Below are positions 10,801 through 23,719 of a stretch of 64,000 bases of DNA, piece after piece. Source of the DNA: Rhizodiscina lignyota. Its lineage: Eukaryota. Within the stretch, counting starts at the first letter, position 1, and each line of letters opens with the position of its first letter. A program made the translations under genes and the position numbers. The notes below the pieces were generated by a model that made no database searches, was not told where the DNA came from, and was given only the letters and a program-made list of their open reading frames with translations. The stretch covers positions 372,001 to 436,000 of the forward strand of contig ML978133.1 of the NCBI GenBank assembly GCA_010015805.1. The letters are read 5' to 3'.

Positions 10801-10844
10801 GATTTTAACTTGGAGAACGTTTCAGATGTTTGGTGTCTATATGA

Positions 10845-11848
10845 TCAATCGAGACACACCACTACTCGGCACTCGATGCTCTCTCGAATCGGTTCATATT
10901 CGGTTCCCTCCAAACTGAAACTCGCATGCGGTGCCCTCATCTCTTCGCCCTCTTTTTCCGCGCTGTCAAAAATCTTGATCATCAACAGCTCATCCCGCGT
11001 CTGCTCACTCATCCAATACCATTGGTGTACACATTGTCCGCCCTTCTCAGGCTCTTTACACGCCTTGATGACGATGTTCTCCGTCGTTCTGCCATCTGGA
11101 TAAATCCTTGGCAGTGGTATCAATTCATCGCGGTTCTTTACCGTTGCAGCATCGGCAATACCGAGCGGATCACGCGTGACTGTCTTCAACGGTTTCCACA
11201 AAGAGAAAACCATCCAGCGCCTGCCAGACTCGACAATATCCTTCGCTACTGCCTCGCCAAATTCGCCCGGGAGAATCTGAATGATACCATATCGCGTGAA
11301 GTCTATATGAACGCGTGGTGCTGGAGCTTGGCCGCGGTATGGTTTGTTCCAAGCTTCGTCTGTTGGGCCACTAAAATCTTGTTTAATCGGAGCACCCCGG
11401 AGTATATGACCAAGATGGTAGACTGCTGAAACATTCTTTCTGCTCTAATATTAGCGATGGGCTCAACGAAGCGGGCCCAAATCCTAAGAGTGAGACCTTA
11501 CAGCTCCCGTCGCAGCATCTCATCCAACTCCGGATAGTACACTTGCTTAATATGGTCGTCGCTCTCCGGCTCTATCATCTTGCTTTGCAACTGAACGTAG
11601 CGAAATCCATTTTGATCAAGTGTGAACTTGTCTTCTTTACCTCGGACGTCAAGAACGTGGAGTCTCCTTGTATCTTGATCCTTCGTTCCCAAGATTAACT
11701 CCAGGTCGTTCGTGCTGGGCTCAGATATACCGCCAGCGGGTGGCATATAGTAATTGAACTCCGAAAAAACATCTTTGATACCTCCAGATTTTAATATCAA
11801 CCCTTCTTGTGTGGTATCAGTCGCCGTCGAAGTATAAGTGGCTGACAT
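10845..11848 (-). CDS. AsaB/CmcJ/NvfI (GA4-desaturase-like) hydroxylase/desaturase family protein; intron 11440-11501
   Basis: Motifs DVRG...FTLDQNGF, QVYYPE, RVHIDF (HxD), SLWKPL..V.RDPL.IAD, HQWYWMSEQTRDE...KIFDS, APHASF and RESIECR. Confidence 0.85.
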
Positions 11849-12547
11849 GATCAATCGGAATAGCGGTGGCCTCCGTCGTTCTCGAAATGATAGCACAGAT
11901 GAGAAATTGAATATGTAAAGAATGTCATGAACGACAGTTTGGAACTTCTCAGATGTACCTAGATATGTATTTATCTCTCCGGGAGCTGGAGACCCACTTC
12001 GGCATGAGAACGCGGTCGAATCATATCTCTCTTTCCCTTTCCGGCCAATTCAGCTTCGCAGAACACTGATTATGTAACTCGGCCTTATCATAGCTGCATC
12101 AGAATTTGGCATTCTGTTATTATTGGGCACTTCACTACATACCGTACCTAGAAAAAAGCTCGAGGAGAATGAGTGCCCGACGCCTCGGGCTTGAATATAG
12201 ATCACGTGGTACACCTCCCTTAGATCGGCTCTGACCTCTGGTCAAGGTCATATGCTTCCGCACTGCTCAGTTCGATTTAAATTGGACTGAAGCATTATGA
12301 ACAAATGTTTGGTGATTATCCATAAACGTTTGTGCTTAACTTGGCACAGCATGGTTGCGCTCGAGAGCTAACCAGGTCGTCCAACATTGTTCAACACTTA
12401 GACTCAAGATCAGCATGTCTTTGAGTAATTGGATTGATTGGTATTGGTATAGATCCAATAAATACAATGAGATACTGAATGATGAGCGACCAGAATCACA
12501 AGCTCTGTGACCAAACGCATAAGGTGCCGGTACGGCTTTGCTATATA

Positions 12548-13486
12548 TCACGGGTTATAGCTGATGGCACTGACATCGCTGATAGTGTATGTTGTATCTA
12601 GTTCATGAAGTCAGCAATTTCCAATGTGTTGCTGGTCATGGACGTACTGCCAGTGGGTCCTGGGCTTCCAGACGATCCCTCCATCTGGAAATCGACAATA
12701 CTGTGAACCTGATCAGCGGAAGGGAGAGAAGTTCGCAATATCAAGAGAACTAACAGATACATAGCCTTTCCAATATAGTCTGCGCCAAACTGAGTCGTCT
12801 GCAATACGCCGTCCAAGTAGAAGTTCACCTTCACGGTGCTGCCGTCCGATTCCGCTCGCACTTCTGCCTTCACTGTGTGCGTGCTACTGGGATTAGGATA
12901 CGCCACATCATCTGCCTTCACCACAGTGCTGGTATTGAAAGTATTGAAGCTGATCAAGCCGTCGCCCTTCCACTCTGCGATGTCAATTTCCGGCGGCCAT
13001 CCGGAGACAGCAGTGAGCCAAAATGCCGGCCATGTGCCTTTGATTGTTGGAGCGATAAAGCTGGCACTGATGTCGTAGCCTCCGCCTGCAGCAACTGTGA
13101 ATGTGGGCTTGGCATATATTGTGCCAGATTTGTAGTGTAGCTGGATAGTCGAGCCTCCGGAGGTCACGGTTCCAAGGCCGGTAGTATAGACAGAAGTCAG
13201 TGTGACGGAGTTGGATCCCGTGTTCAGCTTCATGATAAAATTAACGCGAATTGATCTCATTGTCCGCGGCAGGTGCACTCACTGTCACATGTGAGCTGTC
13301 CATGATAGCGGCCCCATTATGCGAATCGCCCCACGGATAGTTGTAGTTCCAGTACTCCGAGAACAGTGTCGATGAAGAGAAGCTGTTCGGTGGAATGACG
13401 GCGGTGGTAGCTCGTGGCTTAAGTACAGAAGCATTGCAGAAAGATACCAGAAAGAAACTAGCTGAGATGGCAAAGAGTAGCCGCAT
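12548..13486 (-). CDS. Secreted GH16 glycoside hydrolase, endo-beta-1,3-galactanase-like; 3 introns
   Basis: Signal peptide MRLLFAISASFFLVSFCNA, YWNYNYPWGDSHNGAA, catalytic WPAFWLTAVSGWPPEIDIAEWKG (ExDxxE); last exon NTTYTISDVSAISYNP*. Confidence 0.88.
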
Positions 13487-14581
13487 GGTTGATGGCTGAA
13501 TGTCTTCGAGCTAAAGGAAATGCCAGTCTCGCCCACTGCACACTGAACGCGATGACAGATTCCGGTAAGGAGAATTCTCTTATATGATTGTCTTCGACAA
13601 TCTCTTGTTTAATGCTCTGAAATGAGCTTTTTACGTAAACTCGAGCAAGAAAACAGGCCTCATCTATTCGAGATATTCGCGGACGGGGCTTCTCCTTAGC
13701 AAGGTAGGACACGTCACCACACTGAACGAAATAATACTGGGATATAGAGGAATAAACTTTCCTTAAAAGTACGTACAGAGCCTTGTATGAAAGGCTGACA
13801 TGGTGTGGTTTTACCCGAAGAGCGAGATTATTTGGACCACTTACTCCCTGCTGCGCGGATCCGCTTCAACGCAGGACAAGGTCATAAAGGTTGTCAGTCC
13901 GAGAAAGAAATCAGACGCAATAATAAGACTAGGTTTCGCTAGAGCCATGTCGAAGGTTATACAGCACCGTCAATCCATTTTGCTCCGGTGATGCTGCAAG
14001 ATGGATGAGGGGAACTAGTCTTGATTCGTGGAATTGATAAAGCACAATCCAGGGATACAACGTTGGAATGATTGATGTGCATCTTAAAGCGCAGAAATGG
14101 CAGGTAACTAAGGCTTCTCGCGAGATTGAATGACCGAGAGAAGACTGAGAAGTTGATGAAGTTGAAACAAGATCTACGCATGAAACGTTCAGCTTTAATG
14201 AAAACGCTAGTCAGGTTGCGGCTAGTGCCAGAACGCCACAAAACGAGGCACGGCTGGCTTCGATTTCAGGAGCTTCACAGGAGGTATCCATTCTCATGGT
14301 AACCTCCACACTTCCATTCTACAGCAGTCCTGCCATCTAAATAAGTCAGAAATGAGCTTTTCTGCAACGTGTGTCTCACTGAAAGCCAGAAACTGGGCGT
14401 GTTCAGCACACTCCCTTCTTTCTGCTAACACAAGAGTAAAAAGATGACTGCGCTGCCTTCGATGCCAACGATTTTCCATTCTTGGGTGCGCTTTTATGCT
14501 AGTCAGGACTTCGCGAATGAATCCTGCGATCAAATAGTCCTGGGCAGGTGCCGATGATTCAATTTATCACCTTCAGTACAT

Positions 14582-15510
14582 TCAACATATCCTTCCCCCA
14601 TCTATCTGGTAAACCTGTCCGCTGATGAAGCTCGCTTCATCGGACAACAGGAAGGCAATCAAGTTTGCAACCTCTTCTGGCCTTCCACTTCTCTGTATCG
14701 GTTGCGCCGCCTGCTCCGGATTGGCTTCCGTTGTGAGTGAGACGCCTTCTAGTCTCCCTGCTTCAGCAACCATGGGCGTATCAATCGTTCCTCTGGACAA
14801 TCATCAGAATCGCGAACGCAGCAGCTAAAACCCACAAATTCAACAGCACTGGATTACTTACGGGGCGATAGCATTTACTCGAATGTTTCTGTCTCCCACC
14901 TCCTTCGCCGCCGACCTTGTCAATCCAATTACCCCATGCTTACTCGCTGTATATGCTCCATTGAACTTTCGCCCTGTCGAAAACTCTGTTAATTCCAAAC
15001 CCGGGATCGATTGATATTCCCAAAGCCATGTCTAGCGGAACAGAAGGAATCCTACATACCAGAAACTCCCGCAATGCTGCTCGCGCTAACGATACTCCCG
15101 TTGTCCGCCATTACCTGCAACTCTGCCCGCATACATCTCATCACTCCAGTTAAGTTCACATCAATCACAAATGCCCAATCATCCTCATCCATACGCTCAA
15201 TAGCACCACTCGGCTGGCCGATGCTCTTGGGAATTACGCCCGCCAGATTCGCCGCGCCGTCGAGCCGCCCGAGCTTGTCTACCGTGGCTTTGATCCACGC
15301 GTCGACATCAGATGATTTGCGAACGTCAACTGTGTGAATGATGATCCCTTGTAACTCTGGGTGCTTGGCAGAGATGTCCTTTGCGGCAGCCTCGAGGTTT
15401 GCGGTGTTCACGTCGGCCAGGGAGAGCGCGTGGCCTTGGGATGCGAGTTTATGCGCGAGGGCGAGGCCAATGCCCGAAGCCGCTCCAGTTATTGCTACGA
15501 CTTTTGGCAT
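14582..15510 (-). CDS. Classical short-chain dehydrogenase/reductase; 2 introns
   Basis: [16 protein letters not shown], catalytic AYTASKHG (YxxxK), [15 protein letters not shown] and [12 protein letters not shown]. Confidence 0.92.
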
Positions 15511-16267
15511 TGTCGCTTCTCTTTCCCAATCAAGTACAGAGGACGCTTTCGCAAGAGACAAATAGGAGATTCAAAAACACGACGAAAAACTGAGACGAGT
15601 TAGAACGATGATTCTTAGATGTGGAAATCTTGTGACGACGTAAGAAATAGATTGATGTAGGGCGTGAAATCGAATCCAAAGATATACTCCGCAGTGCACA
15701 TGTTCCTATGACCATGGGTCTATATTTCCCCAACTTACAACCGTGCAATTCCAATCCGGATATCGTGGGCCGAGAACGTGGTACGAAATGTGGGGAGATG
15801 CAGCTGCACGCGAGCAGCGAACAAAACGACACAACCACAAGAGTAGGCCAGTCAAGCACTTCCCCAGATTTTGTTTCGCGAAACCCGTCAGAGTAATACC
15901 GGCTTCGTCAAATACCTCCGAAGAAGTACGCAAGTCCCCTGCAGTACGTAGTGACGGCTTCACATCTGTCAAATGTTCAGATCGCCAGTTGTGTTTGTTG
16001 AACTTATTTCATATTGCTACATAGGTGAAACCACCGAAAAGAGCTATTGTACATGAAAGGAGAGAAGGTTAAGAGGTTCAATGGGGATATCCGAAAATAC
16101 AAGGTCCGTAATCCTAGGTCCATAGAAGGAAAGCAGAGTAAAACATCACCAGAAAGTATATCCAGTAAAGGCCTTTTGACCTCCCTTCCTCACCAAATAC
16201 TCCGTTCGCAACTCCGGCTTGCAACGCCCATTCCACAAAGAAGTCAAGGCCCCATTTCATCAGTGAA

Positions 16268-18704
16268 TCAGATCAAAATACTCACTGCTGTAGCAATTGG
16301 CTCCATCACCTTGTACTCGACGAATCCTTCGTCCATCTCGTCGCTGATTTTGCTGAAAATGCCCTTGACCCTGTTACCCTTTTCATCTTTCGCATCTCCG
16401 AGACTCCTGAGGTCCATCACGAGCTTCCTGCTTGCCTCCTTAATGCCATCCTCACCGTTCTCATCCGCGAGGTGATACTGGGAGATGGCGTAGGTGACAA
16501 GATTCTGGTTCTCTGCGACGCGGTAGCTCAGCAAGTACGGAATGTGGCTCGCGAGCAGCCATTCCGTCGGCCGGTTGATTGGCAGTGCCGCCATGAGATC
16601 CTTCTCTGTGTACTTCTTCAACTCGTCGATCGACTGCGGCGGTGGGCAGGAGAGCGAAGGAGGCTTGTTGATGACAAAGGACTGGTAGTACTCCTGCAGA
16701 TAGTTGATGGCAGTATGCTGCGGAGAAGCGATGTGGATGCACATAGTAACTGTGTCTACCAGCTCGTTAAGCGTTTTGATGTCCGGGAATGATTTCAGCT
16801 GACCGCCATTATCCGAGCGCAATTCATCGCACCAGTCCCGGATGTGTTGGTCATTTGCGACGTCCTCATCGGACTTGTATCCATTGCTGCCGTTTTGGAG
16901 GTATGCGAGGACGAACTTGTGCAGCACAAACCACATGATCTGGATGTCTCTTGCATACGCATAATTATGGAATTTCTCGTCGTTGATTTGAGAGACTGGG
17001 AACCCACGGCGTTCAAGGTCTTTGGGGACATAGTGTTCCTCCCATTTGAAGTTCTTGTAAGAATCGCGAAGATAGCTGTACGTCTGCTCGGGGGTGATGC
17101 CAATAATGTCGCAGACAACGTGAGGTACCAGAGTGGACCTTGCACCGGCGTTGATTGCGAGAGTTTTCAGCCAGTGAGGGTACAAGAGACGGTAGACGAT
17201 GTGGTCCTCGGGAAGTGTCCGATAGGCTGCAACAATGACAGCCTCTTCGACTAAATGGCAGTCGTTAAGATGGACACCCACTTCGTGGCGGATCCAGTCA
17301 GAGGCTTGCGCTGCGGTCTTTGCATAGCGCCACGGCCAGTCTGTTTGTTGGTCTCCCTTGTCCGACGAGTGAAGTCGCTGGTTGAAGATGACAACGGATT
17401 TCTCCATGTTTCCCTTGAAGTCAATGACAATAGCCAAAGGATGCAATTTTCCTTTTGGCTCCAATCGATAAAGTGTGACTGACGCACATGCGAAGCGATC
17501 TTCGCCTTTGACCTTTCCTTGCACCCAAAGCTTGGTGTCAGCAGTAGCCCCAACTGCCTCGCGTATGTGACTGCAGTCTTGAACGTAGAGAGAGGCATTG
17601 TCTGTGTTGGTCAATAGCTGAACCATCTTCTTGTTATTCTGCTCCTTGGCCACTGTCTTGAACTTATCGATCCAGTCTTTGGCAAGCTCAATGGTAGTTG
17701 GGTTGTTGCCAGTGAAGGATTGTTGAGCAAACATCTCGTCCGTGTACCAATCCTTTCGATCACCGACATTTGGCTCAGCATAGATGTCCTTCTTTGCACT
17801 ACGAAGGTCGTGGTTGCGCTGTTCAATCTGAGCGATCGTAGCACCTTGATCGGGATAGCCATAGACGAAGTCTTTGATCTTGTCTGGAATGATACTGGCG
17901 AGAACAAATCCGCTGTCGAGAAGCCGCATACGGTCGAAGATTTGGGCCTGAGTAAAGTCGTCCTTGCTACCCTTGGGGATGAGGCTGAGATGCGGAGGGT
18001 AGTGGTCGTAGTCGGGGCCACTATCTGGTCCTGGGCTCCATTGATAGAGCCTCCTCTTCTCCTCCGGAGTGGTAATGCCTTGCGGTAGGCTTGGCTGCAA
18101 GTTGATTACATCGAAGTAGGAATTGAACCTATTTATTCACTCTATTAGCCCATCTTGACTTTTGACGGAGCAATCTGCCGCTCATTTTCAAGATTTCCGG
18201 TGCAAAAACGAGCTACAGGATGCTGAAGGCGGCATGAAATGATAAGAGAACTTGATTAGGCGGTGAGATGTGCTAAACAGATGAGGTAGCAAGCGAGTTG
18301 ATTTCTCCGCTAATTCTGCTCTACATAGAAGGGGGTGACTTGAGAATAACTTGATGAGCTGCATACCTGGTCTGAATGAGATCGAAGACCTGAGTAAGTG
18401 CTCTCGACGTGCCATGGAATGTTCCTTCACTGAGCTTGTTCTGCGGCGCCGTCTTGGGTACGATCCAACCCAAGGCATCCCTCTTTGCATCTGCTGAGAG
18501 CGCGCGCGGCCAGAGCTTATTTTGGGCGATGGATTGAGTGACGAGGCCTTCGTCCCAAGCAACGAGGCGGAGGGAATCCTCGACCAAGTTGGACGAGATG
18601 TTCGACCAGAGGGAGCTCATGCTTGATGATTTGCGTCGATGTCCTTTACGGTTGTTCTTGTCGGAGAGACCGAATGGTGAGAGGAAGAGGGAAAAGATAC
18701 TCAT
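16268..18704 (-). CDS. Lipoxygenase, iron type, no obvious signal peptide; intron 18129-18366
   Basis: DWYTDEMFAQQSFTGNNP, LHPLAI, WRYAK, metal ligands RHEVGVHLNDCH (HxxxxH) and QHTAINY, C-terminal ...TAVSILI. The splice AG|GTATGC...AATAG|G joins the exons in frame. Confidence 0.95.
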
Positions 18705-21700
18705 ATTGGCGAATTATAAACTGCGTGACTGCTACAAACTATTCTTGGCGTGGCACGAGACGTATTGCGTAGTGACTACTTCGCTTAACTGAGGGAATTG
18801 ACGATAAGTGGAAAGAACGACTGAGTATAGGTCCAAGGTGTGAGCTCTGGTATGTAGTAAAGAGGAACAAAAGGGCTGAAGAACAAAGAATCTAGGGGAT
18901 GTGTCTACGTATAAGGCTCGCAATACGTAGACACAGATTTCTAATATAGAAATAGGAACCGGAAGTAACAGACACACCAAGGCACGTCCCACAGCCCTTG
19001 CTCGACCAGAGAGGCTATGATTCTTAGTCTCCGTTGCCGAAAGTAGAAACAGCTCAGTCACTTGCGGACCACGCTCTTTCTCACCTTTCGCGAACCCGGA
19101 AAGCGCACATCACCAGGCGGATGGGATAAGATCAAGACAGTCTAGACTTGACCGAGACAGACTACCGAAGCTACAATCTCCTCGTGGAGTCTCCTCCGAG
19201 AATTGTTTCTCAATCGCAACGGCAGGATGCTGAACATGGTGTGGACCCCAAGGCTCGGCCAGTTTCGACAAAACGAGTCGCTAAGAAGAGATCCGGCCCC
19301 ATAAGGCGGGAGCGATGCAAGTGTTTCGTGCATCCAATCGTGCCAATGCAGTTGACAACCACCTCAGGGTGCCAATCGGGCAGTTTCGCCCTGCATAGAG
19401 AACCCATAGCTGACAGCAAGGTTGAGTCGATTGCAGAGGTTCACAGACGGGTCAAGAAGATACAGCCTCCACTCCAGCGTGCAATGAACGTAGCGGAGAG
19501 GTTCAGCTGAAGTGACGATGTTGCAGAATTCGCGGAAAGACAAGTGATTGGACGACCGCGGCAATGCTCCGCCCCCAACGGCCCCCTTGGCGACATCCAA
19601 GAATCCGTGCCCTCTCGCAAAGGCCCTGGACTCGTATCTTCTCCACGAAATCGCCGACGCACGCTGACCGCGTAGGCCACCTTCAATTGAAGGGACTGCC
19701 GAGGCCGGTGAACTCATATCATTGATATCAAGCTCACAATTCGCAAATGGACGATTGCCTGACGTCGCAGCGCCCGATTGCAACGCGTCGTTCGCGTCCG
19801 AACTGGAGTACTTCAACGTCTATTTTCGAGTCCTTCGGCGCTCCCAGCTAGTCAACACTGCCTCATGCGGCACGAAAAGTAAGAAAGATTGCTGTTGGAC
19901 AGCGTAGGCGCTTCGTAGGTTGAGTTCAGAGTTCTCATTTTCATCCCTTGCATGCATCTTCCGTCCAGCCTCGAGATATGTCATGTCAAAAACGCCTCGC
20001 GCATTCTCAAAGCCTTCATATGAAGGAAGCCTTGCAGCTGGCTCTGATGCTCGAATACTCGTCCAATTGCAGGACATAAACGCCTCCTGGACTCGACTGA
20101 CTGCTCCGGATGAGCTTGAGCGGACCTTGGCCCACTCGCCTGAAGCTGGAGTATTCTTGTTCCGCTTTGAACGATACTTTGCCTATGTGCAATTGGTCGT
20201 GGTAAATATCTTTCAGATAATAGCATTGTCATGAGGAAGAGTCTCTGTCGCTAATCACACCTTCTAGATTACCACGTTGAGACCAATGTTTCCTTCCATA
20301 CCCCCATCCGATCCCACATAGCGAACTCTTGTTTGCCACGACCGACCTCACAATCGGGACGACCTACTGATATGCCAATTGATGTTATACAATCTCAAGA
20401 CGGAGTACTTCTCATACAAGTTTGGGTGATGGGATGTGGCAGCATTTGACATGGATCACTGGGTTTCCCTAGATCGGGAGGTTCGTTTGGGCCCATTCGA
20501 TGTTACTGCCCCATCAACAACCGCGACAATTGTCAAAGTGGTAGGTTTTTCATGGATGACTATGCGTCCCTCGGCATTGACTGGGAGTGTGACTGCCTCC
20601 TCCATCGAACTTTCGACCCACGGAGAGGACTTTAGTAGCTTGCGGCGGGCACATTTAGCCATTTCTAATTATCCGAATGTTTGGGCTGAGATTTCTCCCT
20701 TTCCTTCATAGAATAGCATACAACATCTGCATAGCTGTGCGTCATAGTGGTCGTCAACCGCCATACTTTCAAATATTCCAGCTCTCACGAGGAAGTCGAA
20801 GCAAATCAGCAAACAATTCCCGCCGAAAGGCTCTAACTGAGGATTTCGTGGCCATCCCACAGAAGAGGCAGGTCAATTCGCGCGAGACGGAGCCTCATCC
20901 TTGAGCTTTGTCAGTTCGGTTGGATATCGATAAGTTGCCATAGCGTCTTGTGGCGCGATTTCGTGGCGTAAAGTTCGGGAACGTATCGATATAAACCTTG
21001 ACGATGACGATCACATGGGCATCACATGGCTACCTTCCTAGGGATCCCGCGCTTGCGAACCTCAAAAGGCTAGTTAAACAACTCGCTTGGCGCTGTGCAC
21101 AAAGGATGCACAAAATCATATTCTCCGGCGCACCAACGTCATCGGCGTCCTCAACAATCGTCAAGCTGAGCCATTGCTGGCATAATTACTCGAGGGCAGT
21201 ATCCACGATGCCAGGTGCCTGGGCATTGTGGATAAGCAATGCTTGAACGGCCCGGCTTACGAAGCCGTACGTACGCGCCAGCCGTGAGAGACTTGAAGAT
21301 CACGATACGAAACGGCCATCGAGAAGTAAATCCGTGTGGCCGGATGCTGCGGCTATCCACTCTTGCGGAGTGGGATTCTTCCTCCTTCTCTAACTATCGA
21401 AATACTCCCGTTATGTCATGATCGAATACAGTATGTGTCAGAGGATGTGGTTCCTAACATTTGCGAGTTCACCGTCGCCTCCCAGTAAAGCGCATTCTCG
21501 CCAAGTTGGACTGTTAACGAGCGGCTCATCGAGTTTTACCAGAGCTGCTCGAACCATGTACAGTGTGCATGCAGTTATGCGGACTTCTTCCACAAGTCAC
21601 CGTCTGAGACACTCAGAGAGGGGGTAAGTGTGGCCGGGGACAAAATAACTCTGTAGACGTTGTGGTAAGCTTTTTCCCTCAATGGCCAGCCGTCAGCGCC

Positions 21701-23719
21701 AAGCTTAGTGTTCGCTCAAATGGGTCGGTCGCGGCTCGAACTATTTGCTGCGGGAAAAAGAGAAGGTGGTGAGGGGACGACGAATGGAAGCGGTGATCGT
21801 CGCGGGTCAACGAGACATAATAGAGGAGCAGACAATGCGAGATGCAGAGCTAGCGACGGGAGACATTGGCGCATTTCCAGTTCTAGAACTAGTGGATAGC
21901 TAGTTCAGAATGGTGCAAACGGGGCCTCGCATTCGAACTGTGTTTGAAATCCTTCATGAGCAGTCTTCCGGCCTGCCTTTTGGCTCTAAAAGTGGTCTGA
22001 GATGGCGGGCAGCGTTGTCAATAGCGGGGCATCTTTACTATCCTCTCTACTGGGCCTCGTCATGACGTCGGAAAATATCCAAATGTTTGTGCATTGGCAA
22101 ATGCAAGTGAGCCTCCCGGGATCCTCTCAAACCTGACGAATGTGTTTGGAGAGATACAGCGGTACCTGGCGGCTGGTAGGTCCAGTGGAGAAATCCTCAT
22201 TGCAACGCAAAAACGCACCTCGCTGCTGCTCGTCACCGAGGCAATGGTGATTCTGAATAACGGTTACTGTGCTCGGCTAAGTTCGCTTTTTCTGACACCT
22301 GCAACATGCTGCACCACGCTGTACCACACAGGGCCGGCCATGTAGGTCCCATGTGCGCTCGTATACGTCGCTACAGCTGTATGCAAGCAGAAAAACGGCT
22401 TTTGTTCCCCGCCGTACATAGCGGGAAGGTCTGACAGCTGTTGACTCGGGGGATGACGAAGCGATGAAGGGAAAAAAACGAACTGCTGCCGGAAGATTAT
22501 TACGAGTTGAATATTTGAGGCTCGGCTTGCGAATTTCCGGGCAGATTTGAGCCTCCTTTGGTACCGACAGAAACAAACGACGTCACTGATAAATGGGGTT
22601 TCCAAAGCGAGCGAATGACGAATACTTGATCGGGGCAACCGAGCGTGCGCAGGCCGTTCCTCAGTGCCCACCGAATAGCAATACAACCGCTCGGCAGGTG
22701 TGAAACGGCGAATCGTGGCTTCTGTGGAACCGTCTGAGACCAGAGCGAAAAGCGGGAACGCCAGTCCTGCAGGTGGTTCGAAAAAGCTGCTGGAAGCCGG
22801 GATGCTGCGAAGCGCCGCATGAGTTGCCGAGCATTCGCTGTGGAACGAGACAAAGACGATCTCACGCTATCGTGGGCCGTGGCTGTCGGGTTCAGCCTCA
22901 ATTCGGGCCTCTCCTGATGCCTGCCAGAGCGGCATCGAGGTCACAGTGCCACGCTCGTGGTGTCTCATCGTGGAGAAGGCCTGTTGAGGGGCGCGGGACT
23001 TTAGCTATTGGGTAATAGACTGTGGCCCATCCATCGGTTGCGGCGGCGGAGGCTGAATATGGGTAGGAAAATCAAGTCAGTGCTCATCTGCTAGCCGCAC
23101 AACGGGTTAGCAACGGTAGGTGTGGCAGGAGGAGGGTGGTTCGAGCGGCGTCATGGGTGTGAAGAAAAAATGGTGGCTGCGCGGGGTTGGGAATTTGGTG
23201 GCTGGACGCTCTTCTGCCTGCAGGCATTGGCGATCGCGACAAAGCTCTTCCATGCTGATGCTTGCCCATCGCCGTCAATTGTCCAGTCAGGCGACTGCTG
23301 ATTGCACAATGTCTGCAGAGTGGTGGCCAGTACAGCTTGCATTGCGCATTGGCGCCCTCCGCTCGCGGGATGCGCTTCCAAGGGCTGCTGTACTCTGTAC
23401 AATGGAGCATATATGCCCTCGCGACCCGCGCATCTCGCCCTTCCTTTCCCCTTGCATAGCTCATCTAAGCTCCTCAGTCCTCATTTCAATTGTGTGACCG
23501 AAGCTGCTTCCGTCAAGCATCTCTGCTTTCGTTACCGCGTGGACAACTCACTTCGGCCTCTCTCGTTCAAAAGGTCAATCACCATCCGCTGCAAACCGTG
23601 GTTCTCCCTCGCTCCCAGAATCAAACACGTGCAGCTAGGCGCAAGGCCAAAAGTTCCCAAATCTTCTCTGAGCCCAGTCTTCGTTATCCACATTCGAGTT
23701 CAGAAATCACGACAGGAAC

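Noticed and set aside
16268..18100. Manganese lipoxygenase call
   Set aside because: It has HxxxxH hexamer spacing and no signal peptide, unlike secreted HVLFH-type Mn-LOXs.
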